NCBI GenBank assembly: GCA_002069815.1
Contig: MWCB01000004.1
Location: 1-60,476 of the forward strand
DNA length: 60,476 bases
Reading direction: 5' to 3'
From: Tenericutes bacterium ADurb.Bin239
GTDB lineage: Bacteria; Bacillota_I; Bacilli_A; RFN20; CAG-826
In this document: positions 48,727 to 57,922 of the stretch, one piece after another
Position numbering within the stretch: position 1 is the first letter of the stretch
How the letters are laid out: each line of letters begins with the position of its first letter
Translations under genes and position numbers: made by a program
The notes under the pieces: model-generated
The model's database searches: none
The model's input: only the letters and a program-made list of their open reading frames with translations
Told to the model about the DNA's origin: nothing

Positions 48727-50253
48727 ATGCATAAACGCAAAACCTTATTTATTACCGGAGTACTTTTGCTTATGAGCACATTATCAGGCTGTAAAGTTAA
48801 TCCACAAGAAAGTATAAAGCAAAGCGAAGATATTGTGGAACTAGGCACAAAGTACAAGGTAATGGAGGATTATTTCTACAATCCTATGGTTATTGATTTC
48901 CGCATGGGTGATCCGTGGCTTTACTACCATGACGGTTATTATTACTATACGCAATCTGAAGGGACACGAGTCCGCGTTACCAAATCGCCATATATGACAC
49001 AATTAACATCCAATCCGAATGATGAAACACGGACTAAAATTTTATTCCGTCAAAAAAGTATTGATGTCGTTGAAATTTGGGCTCCTGAAATTTTCTTCTT
49101 TGAAGGACATTGGTATATTTACTTCACGGCAACTAAAGACGCTAAAACTGAAATTGAAAAAGATACTGGTCGCCGCACTTATGGGATGAAAAGCGTTACT
49201 GACGATGCCTTTGGCGAATGGGAAACCCCGGTTGAAATTAAATTACCAATGGATTATCGCTCAATTGACGCAACATTTTTAGATTATGATGGTCGTCAAT
49301 ACATTATTTGGTCAGGATGGCCCAACGCTGAAAATCTCAATTGGCGACAAAATCTTTATATTACTGAACTTGTAACTGGCAATCCACTTCTTGCTAAAAG
49401 TACCGCTGATACTGAACGGCACATTATTAGTGTTCCTCATTACGAATGGGAAAATTCAAGCATTTTCCAAAATGAAGGACCAAGTGCCATTATTTCACCA
49501 GATGGAACCCCGATTATTTTCTATGCTGGGAACTTCTCTGGTGATGATAGTTACTGTGTCGGCTATATTACTTTAACTGGGACAGACTTAACGAATTTTG
49601 ATCATTGGACCAAAAATCCCGAACCATTGATGGCAACTGATATGGCTTACTCGGAAATTATTGCGCCAGGTCATTGTTCAATTGTTAAGTCGCCCGATCA
49701 AACCGAATGGTGGATTATGTATCACTCGGCAAAATATTCAGGTGCGGGTTGGGACCGAATGGCCCGTTTACAAAAAATGGAGTGGGTTAACGGCAAACCG
49801 CATGTTGAAAAAATTACGAAGATTGCTGATCCTAATCCGCTCCCATCTGGTGAAGCAGGGGGACGTCAACGGCTTTATGAAGCAGAAGATGCGGTATTAA
49901 CCGAAGACTGTTTCGTTATTGATAAAGAAGGATACGCTGCTGGAGATAATGCTGTTTCCATTTCAGAAAATGGAAGTATTACCTTTGAAATTGGAGTACC
50001 AGCAAACGGCCCATATGTTGTCGGTATTCGTTTCTCAAACCGCGACTCTTCATTATTCAATATGAACGTCACGGTTAATGGTAATGAGATGCTTGTCTAC
50101 GCTCCGCGCACCCAATACGATGATTCCTTCACTATTGCCTATTTTTTCACCGATTTATACATCAAACGCGAAGGTTTAAACACAATTAGTATAAACGCTG
50201 ACCCAAGCATTTATATTGACTGTTTAATATTAGATTTAATGAATCATAAATAA
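48727..50253 (+). CDS. GH43-family lipoprotein with a C-terminal CBM6/35-like module
   Basis: Lipobox LSGC. GH43 pattern GDPWLYYHDGYYYY, IWAPEIFFFEGHWYIYF and NEGPSAI. The C-terminal module begins RLYEAEDAVL. Confidence 0.75.
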   Translation: MHKRKTLFITGVLLLMSTLSGCKVNPQESIKQSEDIVELGTKYKVMEDYFYNPMVIDFRMGDPWLYYHDGYYYYTQSEGTRVRVTKSPYMTQLTSNPNDETRTKILFRQKSIDVVEIWAPEIFFFEGHWYIYFTATKDAKTEIEKDTGRRTYGMKSVTDDAFGEWETPVEIKLPMDYRSIDATFLDYDGRQYIIWSGWPNAENLNWRQNLYITELVTGNPLLAKSTADTERHIISVPHYEWENSSIFQNEGPSAIISPDGTPIIFYAGNFSGDDSYCVGYITLTGTDLTNFDHWTKNPEPLMATDMAYSEIIAPGHCSIVKSPDQTEWWIMYHSAKYSGAGWDRMARLQKMEWVNGKPHVEKITKIADPNPLPSGEAGGRQRLYEAEDAVLTEDCFVIDKEGYAAGDNAVSISENGSITFEIGVPANGPYVVGIRFSNRDSSLFNMNVTVNGNEMLVYAPRTQYDDSFTIAYFFTDLYIKREGLNTISINADPSIYIDCLILDLMNHK

Positions 50254-50270
50254 AAGGAGGTAATGCATTT

Positions 50271-52520
50271 ATGAAAAGATTCTTTAAAAGATTGTCGACA
50301 TTATTAGTGCCCTTGCTCGTCATAAGTTTATCAGCATGTCGCACTAAATCATCATCGCGAGATGTCAGTCAACCTGTGTCAGAAACTTCAACCGTTGTTG
50401 AAGATTACTACACAATTAACGTTTCTTCAATTGCAACCGAAATGCTCGTAGATACGGAAATGGTGTTAAACCCAACCTTTACCAATTTGGGTGAACCCGC
50501 AACTCCAAACTACAAAGTTGAAATTTTGCAAGAAGGAACAACCGATGTTACCGCTGCAGTGTATACCGCGGCAACGAAAAAATTTGCCCCAACCGAAGTT
50601 GGAGTTTACGAGGTAACCTTTACTGTTCTTAATGATGAGGGCGAAGTCCTAGTCGTTAGTGGCGGAACAAGTTTCAGTGCTAAAGTAACGATTAACGTCG
50701 TTATTCAAAGTTTTGAACCACTAGCTTCCGCTGGACCTGATGTATCAATTGATGAATCTGGAGAAGTAGCAACGATCACCTTTGGTGATTCCTACCTCGA
50801 AGGGAATAAAATGATTACGAGTGGTCAATATAAGGTTACAGGTCTAACCTTCCAAGGTAACTATTCAATTACTTATAAATTAGGAAATGTTAGACATAGT
50901 GAAGCTTATCACGATCCCGCCTTCTATTTAGGGTGGACCAGAAATACAATTGATGCCCAAGACGACTGTTTTAAATTAAGTACGGGCGATGGCACCGTTG
51001 CAACCTGGATTTGGGGCGGAACAGGGTTAGCCGATCTTAGCAGTAACTTAGATCATGGCTGGTTCCATAATGTATGGTTTAATGCCCCTGGGTCAGTGAG
51101 TGATAATCAACCAATTGCTGGTGATCACTATATTACTTTTGAACGATTCATTAGTGAAGATGGTAAAGCAACATATGGGATCAAATATGACAATGTTGCG
51201 TTCAACTTCCTTGAAATCGGCAAAAACTTCACCGACTTATTATCAAATGTCTGGATTGAAGCGCATAATACTAGCGCGACGCTTTCGGTGGCAGGATATG
51301 GCGTCGTGAGCGACACGATTAGCCCAGAAGTAGTCCTCTCTTACCCAGAATATACAACCGAAGATACTATTCACTTACGTGGCGGGGCAACGATTACAGA
51401 TAATGGTGATTACGGACATCTCATCGTTCCTTATTTCACCGTTCTTGATCCAGAAGGCGAAGAAGTAGTCGTAACCCAAAATTCATTTGAACCAACCATG
51501 GTTGGTGATTATGAGGTTACTTGTAACGTTAAAGATATCGCGGGCAACACCGCTTCAGCGACTACCACAATTACCGTTACTGAACCAGAAGTCACGCTAT
51601 ATGTATTTGATTTAGATAATACAACGCCAGTGGCTCGTACTAATTCAGGCGTCATCTTATATTATGGCGTTACTTTAGAAGGCGAACCAGTTGCCGTCGA
51701 TAGTGTTCAAATCCTTAAAGGTGATACTTTAGAAACAGCAGTTGATGTCACAGCGGAAACTTACGAAATCGTTGAATCCGTCGACAAATCGCTAGCGTAT
51801 GAAGTGTTTACACCCAAAGAAGCTGGTATGTATTTACTCAAACTTACTGTTGGTGATACAGTCCGCACTAAACAAATTAATGTCACTGATAGTTGTGAAC
51901 AAGTATATGGTCAAAAATATTGGGAAAGCGCCTATGAAAACTTCATTATGGGTCGCGAAACCTATATCTACCGCAATGTCGGCGGCGGGAAAACAGTTGG
52001 GAAAGTTGGTAATGACTTCACCCGTAAAACAAACTGGACCATAAGTTTTGAAATTACTGATTTAAAATACGCAGCGCAAGGTAAATTTATGATCACAATT
52101 GGCGCTGGTAAAGCTGATGGTGGATGGGGCGGATGGGAAGACCTCGCTGTCGGCGGTAATGTTAACGATGATCTCTGGGGCTTTGAAACATGTACGGTCG
52201 GTGTTGGCTGGCAAACATATCAATGGCGTTCCAACTGGCAAGATAAGACGACCGAATTTATGCCAGACCCCGAAGATCCAACAGTTGGATGTGGACGTCC
52301 CGCTAGTGCGTATACGCAATATGGCACTGGCACCCACTCATACAAAATTGTTTGTAGTACAGATAGCGAAGGCGCTGTTACATATTCATTCTTTATCGAT
52401 GATATGCCAGAAGCAGTCCACCGTTTACCTGCTGCTCACAATGAAATTAACTCCACAGACTTTATGCAATTCTCATCCAACAGCATGAACGGAATTATTA
52501 CTAATTTCAAAATAGTCTAA
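50271..52520 (+). CDS. Large surface lipoprotein with Ig-like (DUF5011/Big-like) repeats and LamG-like regions
   Basis: Lipobox ISLSAC; 749 aa. It carries an Ig-like segment ...DNGDYGHLIVPYFTVLDPEGEEVVVTQNSFEPTMVGDYEVTCNVKDIAGNTASATTTITV. No catalytic motif was recognised. Confidence 0.55.
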   Translation: MKRFFKRLSTLLVPLLVISLSACRTKSSSRDVSQPVSETSTVVEDYYTINVSSIATEMLVDTEMVLNPTFTNLGEPATPNYKVEILQEGTTDVTAAVYTAATKKFAPTEVGVYEVTFTVLNDEGEVLVVSGGTSFSAKVTINVVIQSFEPLASAGPDVSIDESGEVATITFGDSYLEGNKMITSGQYKVTGLTFQGNYSITYKLGNVRHSEAYHDPAFYLGWTRNTIDAQDDCFKLSTGDGTVATWIWGGTGLADLSSNLDHGWFHNVWFNAPGSVSDNQPIAGDHYITFERFISEDGKATYGIKYDNVAFNFLEIGKNFTDLLSNVWIEAHNTSATLSVAGYGVVSDTISPEVVLSYPEYTTEDTIHLRGGATITDNGDYGHLIVPYFTVLDPEGEEVVVTQNSFEPTMVGDYEVTCNVKDIAGNTASATTTITVTEPEVTLYVFDLDNTTPVARTNSGVILYYGVTLEGEPVAVDSVQILKGDTLETAVDVTAETYEIVESVDKSLAYEVFTPKEAGMYLLKLTVGDTVRTKQINVTDSCEQVYGQKYWESAYENFIMGRETYIYRNVGGGKTVGKVGNDFTRKTNWTISFEITDLKYAAQGKFMITIGAGKADGGWGGWEDLAVGGNVNDDLWGFETCTVGVGWQTYQWRSNWQDKTTEFMPDPEDPTVGCGRPASAYTQYGTGTHSYKIVCSTDSEGAVTYSFFIDDMPEAVHRLPAAHNEINSTDFMQFSSNSMNGIITNFKIV

Positions 52521-52533
52521 GGACACAAAAACA

Positions 52534-54156
52534 ATGAGAAATAAATTTAGATTAACCTCATTATTATTACTCACGGGGGCCCTTGTGGCCCTCGTGGGGT
52601 GCACCACTACTGGTTCGGGTAGTGGCGGTCAAGGATCTCCTACGGGTAAGACTACCGTTTCACTGTGGGGTTGGGGAGATGAAAAGGAAGTCGAAGTATT
52701 CCAAAATTTACTTCGTAATTATAATTCAACTAATGAAGATAATATCTATGTTAACTTTGTTAAAAAACCAAGTAATAGTTACTATAGCGTTTTAGAAACG
52801 GCTTTAACTGGCCGCCAAGCACCAGACTTATTCTATTTAGGTGACTCAATGATTAAGCGGTTCACAGCCGCAGGTTATGTCCAAGAACTTGATCAATATA
52901 TTGCAACAAGTGAAATTATTGACATGGATGATATTTGGAGCACGCTCATGAAGCGATACCAATTTAATCCACAAACGTATCAATACGGACCAACGGAACA
53001 CATTTGGGGATTGCCAAAAGATATTGGTCCCACCGTTATTTTTTATAATGAGGACGCCTTCAGTGCTAAAGGAATCAGTGTTATAAGTGCAAAAGATGAT
53101 GATAACGATGGGGTTGTTAAAGTTAATGGCACTAATTATCCCGCGGTGGGCTATAACGATGAATTAAAAGTGTTTAATAATAAAATCGCGATGACCTTTG
53201 AAGAGTGTGATGTTTTATCGGCATTGCTCTCAAGTGGTAGTACAAACGCACGAACGCACCAAACTAAATGGGGTTTTTATTCAAATTGGTGGTTTTACGC
53301 AGGATGGAGTGTTGGCGGTGATGTTTTACACTTTAAAGAAACTGATGACCCAGCGTATAACGGTGGTTATTGGGAGTTCACTCTTGATGATACAAATCCA
53401 AACTATCGCGCCCTTAAAGATGTCACAGTTCACGGCAAAAACTATGTGAAAGGTCAATTTATTGATTATTATAGCCTTGCTTATTTAGCGGCAAATAAGA
53501 GTGTCGCTGATGCACATATAAATGCGGGCGAACTTGTTAAATTACCGTCAATGCGGGAAGTGTTTGATTACTGGTTAACTTACTTCAGCGGGGGCTTATC
53601 ACCAAAACCGGCTGATATTTCAACTGAACTGGCGCTCTTTACAAGTCAAGATGTAGCAATGTTTGTTGAGGGACGCTATGTTGTCCCCCAATTTAGAAGT
53701 GACGCTCAATTTAATTGGAACGTGGCGCCCTTACCGCGTCATAAAGATGGTGTTTCAGCTGGACATAGTGGCTCGATGTGTCTATCAATGTCTGTTCGTT
53801 CAAGCGTTAAAGAACAAGCTTTTAAAATTATTGAGTACTTATGCGGACCACATGGTCAAGATGCTTTAGCCGAAAGTGGCTTTAACGTTCCTAACCAAAT
53901 AAGTCTCGCTAGTGATCCAACAGCGAACTTCCTAAATAGTACGGAAAAACCACAAAACAATGAAATTTATCTTGAAGCCGCGGCGATTCAAAGAGGGGGC
54001 GACTGGACTTTCCTTGCGGATGACCGCTGGATTGAGATTTGGGCTCCCACTTTAAATGGCGACGTTATGAATGGGGTTAAAACGGTTGATCAACTATTTA
54101 GTCTTTACAAAGATCAAGTTAATGCCTATCTTAAACAATATACTGAGAAAAAGTAA
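52534..54156 (+). CDS. Family-1 carbohydrate ABC substrate-binding lipoprotein
   Basis: Lipobox ALVGC followed by a Gly/Ser linker; 540 aa. It is followed by MalF/MalG-type permeases. Confidence 0.8.
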   Translation: MRNKFRLTSLLLLTGALVALVGCTTTGSGSGGQGSPTGKTTVSLWGWGDEKEVEVFQNLLRNYNSTNEDNIYVNFVKKPSNSYYSVLETALTGRQAPDLFYLGDSMIKRFTAAGYVQELDQYIATSEIIDMDDIWSTLMKRYQFNPQTYQYGPTEHIWGLPKDIGPTVIFYNEDAFSAKGISVISAKDDDNDGVVKVNGTNYPAVGYNDELKVFNNKIAMTFEECDVLSALLSSGSTNARTHQTKWGFYSNWWFYAGWSVGGDVLHFKETDDPAYNGGYWEFTLDDTNPNYRALKDVTVHGKNYVKGQFIDYYSLAYLAANKSVADAHINAGELVKLPSMREVFDYWLTYFSGGLSPKPADISTELALFTSQDVAMFVEGRYVVPQFRSDAQFNWNVAPLPRHKDGVSAGHSGSMCLSMSVRSSVKEQAFKIIEYLCGPHGQDALAESGFNVPNQISLASDPTANFLNSTEKPQNNEIYLEAAAIQRGGDWTFLADDRWIEIWAPTLNGDVMNGVKTVDQLFSLYKDQVNAYLKQYTEKK

Positions 54157-55095
54157 ATGAAGTCAAAGCGTAAAAATTATAAACGACGAGAAGAGTTACT
54201 AGGAACCTTTTTTGCTTCACTCCCTGTTATAGGGTTCCTTGTTTTTGGTATAGTGCCGCTCGTCTTGTCGTTTATAATGAGCTTTTCTTATATGCCAAGC
54301 TTTGATATTAGAGCAATGAAGGTTTTAGAATGGGGGAAACTCTTTAATAATTATAGGACCGTTTTAACTGATCCACTTTTTTATAAGAGTGTTGGAAATA
54401 CACTTTACGCGGCTCTTGCTTTACCACTCTCAATTATCATTGCCCTTATTTTAGCGGTATTACTCAATCAAAAGATTAAAGGGAAAAAGTTTTACCGCAC
54501 CATCTTTTTTATTCCGTATGTATGTTCAATTGTAGCGGTCACCCTTATGTGGCGGACATTACTAAATCGAAACTATGGCGCTATTAACCAATTTTTAGGA
54601 CTATTTGGGATTGAACCAATTGCGTGGTTAACAGATGATCGTTTTTATATGCCCGCTATGATTTTAATGTCGATCTGGTGTAGTGTTGGTTTTAACTTAA
54701 TTTTATATTCAGCGGCATTAACAAACATTAGTCCGACAATTTATGAAGCGGCGGACATTGATGGCGCTGGTCCAGTTCGCAAATTCTTTAGTATAACGCT
54801 GCCATTATTATCACCGACAACGTTTTATTTATTTATTGTCGGTATGATTGGCGCACTTCAAGAATTTGTCCGTTTCCAGTCGATGAACGCTGTTAATAGT
54901 AGTTTAATTAGTCCAACTGGTCCAAATAATGCTGGACTGACAATAGTTTTCTATTTGTATAACCTTGCTTTCTCACAGGCCGGTGGACTAGGATTAGCGG
55001 CCGCAACATCATGGATATTAGCGATTATTACAATTATTTTGACAATATTCAGCTTCCGTATTTCCCGAAAGGCGATTTATTATGACCAGGCGTAA
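54157..55095 (+). CDS. Carbohydrate ABC permease (MalF/UgpA type)
   Basis: 6 TM segments and the EAA-loop region YEAADIDGAGPVRKFFSITLP. Confidence 0.85.
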   Translation: MKSKRKNYKRREELLGTFFASLPVIGFLVFGIVPLVLSFIMSFSYMPSFDIRAMKVLEWGKLFNNYRTVLTDPLFYKSVGNTLYAALALPLSIIIALILAVLLNQKIKGKKFYRTIFFIPYVCSIVAVTLMWRTLLNRNYGAINQFLGLFGIEPIAWLTDDRFYMPAMILMSIWCSVGFNLILYSAALTNISPTIYEAADIDGAGPVRKFFSITLPLLSPTTFYLFIVGMIGALQEFVRFQSMNAVNSSLISPTGPNNAGLTIVFYLYNLAFSQAGGLGLAAATSWILAIITIILTIFSFRISRKAIYYDQA

Positions 55096-55942
55096 AGTAC
55101 TTAAAATTGTTACCCATATTGTGCTTTCCTTAACCGCACTAGCGTATATTATTCCCTTTTATATTGTCTTTATTACTGCTTTTAAAGCTAATAACGCAGT
55201 TGCAACCGCGACCCCTTTTATTTGGTTTCCAGTTGGTGACCAATTAGGGGTTCAAGGATTTATTGATGTTTTTAAAACATATACGATTTTTTCCACTGGT
55301 AAATCAATGGTTGCCACTGGATTTAAAAACACACTTATTATTATTGTTCCTGTCATTGTGGGAGGGATGTTTAGTAGTAGTCTAGCGGCATACGCTTTTG
55401 CCAAAATGAAGTTTAGACTCAAAAAAGCAATGTTTACTACACTAATGTTTTCAATGATGCTGCCAGGTATAATCTTACTAATCCCCTCCTACTTTGTCTA
55501 CGATAATCTTGCGTTAACAAATACTTTTTTCCCACTGATTGTGCCACCGATGTTTGGTTCAGCTCTGGGGGTCTTTTTCTTAAGACAATATTACACAGGT
55601 ATTCCTGATGAATTACTTGAAGCAGCGAAGATGGACGGATTGGGACACTTTGGAATTTACTTCCGAATTGTGCTTCCACTTTCGATACCAGCCCTTATTG
55701 CCCAAGGTTTATTAGGACTTGTCGCGACATATAACGATTACCTAAATCCCTTAATTTATTTACTTGATGAAGAGAAATACACCCTTCAAATTGCGCTCTC
55801 AATGTTTGCGTCAGGGAACACTAATAGTCTCCATACCGTTATGGCGGGATCAATTATTGCGATGTTACCGATGCTTATTATTTACTTCTTACTCCAAAAA
55901 CACTTTGTGAATGGTTTAACAATGTCAGGAATGAAAGGATAA
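55082..55942 (+). CDS. Carbohydrate ABC permease (MalG/UgpE type)
   Basis: EAA loop LLEAAKMDGLGHFGIYFRIVLP. It overlaps the upstream permease by 14 nt. No cognate ATPase gene is present in the locus. Confidence 0.85.
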   Translation: MTRRKVLKIVTHIVLSLTALAYIIPFYIVFITAFKANNAVATATPFIWFPVGDQLGVQGFIDVFKTYTIFSTGKSMVATGFKNTLIIIVPVIVGGMFSSSLAAYAFAKMKFRLKKAMFTTLMFSMMLPGIILLIPSYFVYDNLALTNTFFPLIVPPMFGSALGVFFLRQYYTGIPDELLEAAKMDGLGHFGIYFRIVLPLSIPALIAQGLLGLVATYNDYLNPLIYLLDEEKYTLQIALSMFASGNTNSLHTVMAGSIIAMLPMLIIYFLLQKHFVNGLTMSGMKG

Positions 55943-55997
55943 CTATTAAAAATAGTTCACCTTACAATAAACATAAGTAAAAAAGATTAACTTTTAG

Positions 55998-56026
55998 TTG
56001 TCAATTTCCTTTAATAATGCTATTAT
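55998..56026 (+). promoter_or_regulatory. Sigma-70-type promoter for rpmE
   Basis: TTGTCA, a 17-nt spacer, then TATTAT, about 50 nt upstream of the rpmE ATG. Confidence 0.45.
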
Positions 56027-56078
56027 TACCTATGCTTACTTAGGTTAAATTGAGTTAATCTAGGCGGAAGGAGATATT

Positions 56079-56282
56079 ATGAAAAAAGGAATTCACCCCA
56101 AAATGGAAAAAATCACAATTACTTGTGTTAGTTGTGATACAACATTTGAAGCATTATCAACTAAAAAAGAAATCCGGGTTGACACATGTTCAAACTGCCA
56201 TCCATTTTATACAGGGAAACAACGTTTCACCCAAGCGGATGGACGTGTTGATAAATTTAATAAAAAATACGGAATCAAGTAA
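56079..56282 (+). CDS. rpmE: 50S ribosomal protein L31 (Zn-ribbon type A)
   Basis: MKKGIHPK start with the CxxC...CxxC pattern ([14 protein letters not shown]); 67 aa. Confidence 0.95.
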   Translation: MKKGIHPKMEKITITCVSCDTTFEALSTKKEIRVDTCSNCHPFYTGKQRFTQADGRVDKFNKKYGIK

Positions 56283-56293
56283 AATTACGAATG

Positions 56294-56322
56294 AAAAACT
56301 GCTAATAACGAGGCAGTTTTTT
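56294..56322 (+). terminator. Rho-independent terminator after rpmE
   Basis: aaaaactgc / gcagttttt form a 9-bp stem with a 10-nt loop and a T-run. Confidence 0.7.
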
Positions 56323-56341
56323 CAAATATAAGAGGTGCGAT

Positions 56342-57922
56342 ATGAAAAAACGTTTTTACATTACAACCCCCATTTATTATCCGAGCGCTAAATTACATAT
56401 AGGACATGCCTATTGTACAGTTTTAAGTGATATTTTAGCGCGTTATAATCGCATGATTGGAAAAGAAGTTTACTTTTTAACGGGTAGTGATGAACACGGG
56501 CAAAAAATTGCAGAAAACGCCGCGAAAGCAGGCAAGACACCACAACAGTTTGCAGATGATATTGTAAAAACGTTTAAAGACCTATGGGAAAAGTTAGAAA
56601 TCACTAATGATCAATTTATTAGAACAACGGATCCTAAACATGTTGCCGCTGTCCAAAAAATCTTTTCTAAACTATTAGAACAAGGCGATATTTATTTAGG
56701 GAGTTACGAAGGATGGTATTGTACTCCTTGTGAATCATTTTGGACTAGTACGCAAGTAGGCGAAGAAAAACTTTGTCCTGATTGTGGAAGAAGTGTTCAT
56801 TTAGCCAGCGAAGAATCATATTTCTTTAAAACAGATAAATATGTTGATGGTTTACTTAAGAAATATGAAGAGATACCTAACTTTATTACTCCAGTAGCAC
56901 GTAAAAATGAAATGATTAATACATTTATTAAACCAGGACTTAGCGACTTGGCGGTTTCCCGCACAAGTATTGATTGGGGTATTAGTGTAAAAGAAAACGA
57001 GCGCCACGTAGTCTACGTCTGGGTTGATGCTTTAATTAATTATATTTCAGCATTAGGTTATTTAAGTGAAGATGATAAACTTTTCCACAAGTTTTGGCAA
57101 AGTGATGATGTTGAAATTGTTCAAATCTTAGGTGCGGATATTACGAGATTTCACACTATTTACTGGCCAATGATTCTTAAAGCTTTAGGATTACGTCAAG
57201 CTGACCGTTATTTTGTGCATGGTTTATTGATGATGAAAGATGGCAAAATGAGTAAATCGAAAGGTAATGTTATTGATCCGCTGCCACTCATTGAAAAATA
57301 TGGAGTGGATGCGGTGCGTTATTATTTAGCACGAGAAATTGTTTTTGGAAGTGATGGTCAATTTACCCCCGAACAATTTGTTGAACGCTTTAATGTTGAT
57401 TTAGTAAATGACTTTGGTAATTTATTAAATAGGACAGTTACGATGATTGAAAAGTATTGTGAGAGTGTTATTCCATTCTATAAAGGGCAAATTACACCAT
57501 TTGACCGTGAGATTGAAGAACTCGCACTTGATGTTGTAAAAGAATATAAAGCAAACTTTGATGACTTAAAAGTAACCGAAGCAATAATTAGTGCTTTTAA
57601 ACTTATCAGCGCATCAAATAAATATATTGACAATACCAAACCGTGGGAACTTAATGCTCAAGGTAAAAAAGAAGAATTAGATGCCGCAATGAATCATTTA
57701 GCGAATAACCTTTATATAAGCGCCATCTTACTGCAGCCTGTGTTAGTTAATGCGCCACAAGAGTTATTTAAACAACTAGGAGTGCCCATTGAATTACAAG
57801 ATTTTAAGTTATTAAATAAATATGGTGTGTTAGGGGGACAAAAGGTTAGTAAAGGTGATCCTTTATTCCCGCGTCTAAAAGTTAATGAAGAAGTCGAACA
57901 CATTAAAAATTTAATGAAATGA
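56342..57922 (+). CDS. metG: Methionyl-tRNA synthetase (short form, no C-terminal tRNA-binding domain)
   Basis: HIGHAY (HIGH) and KMSKS motifs with a CPxC/CPDC zinc knuckle; 526 aa. Confidence 0.95.
   Translation: MKKRFYITTPIYYPSAKLHIGHAYCTVLSDILARYNRMIGKEVYFLTGSDEHGQKIAENAAKAGKTPQQFADDIVKTFKDLWEKLEITNDQFIRTTDPKHVAAVQKIFSKLLEQGDIYLGSYEGWYCTPCESFWTSTQVGEEKLCPDCGRSVHLASEESYFFKTDKYVDGLLKKYEEIPNFITPVARKNEMINTFIKPGLSDLAVSRTSIDWGISVKENERHVVYVWVDALINYISALGYLSEDDKLFHKFWQSDDVEIVQILGADITRFHTIYWPMILKALGLRQADRYFVHGLLMMKDGKMSKSKGNVIDPLPLIEKYGVDAVRYYLAREIVFGSDGQFTPEQFVERFNVDLVNDFGNLLNRTVTMIEKYCESVIPFYKGQITPFDREIEELALDVVKEYKANFDDLKVTEAIISAFKLISASNKYIDNTKPWELNAQGKKEELDAAMNHLANNLYISAILLQPVLVNAPQELFKQLGVPIELQDFKLLNKYGVLGGQKVSKGDPLFPRLKVNEEVEHIKNLMK

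Noticed and set aside
56283-56341. Looked for a T-box or other leader upstream of metG
   Set aside because: The gap is only 59 nt and is fully accounted for by the rpmE terminator and the metG RBS. No T-box motif is present.
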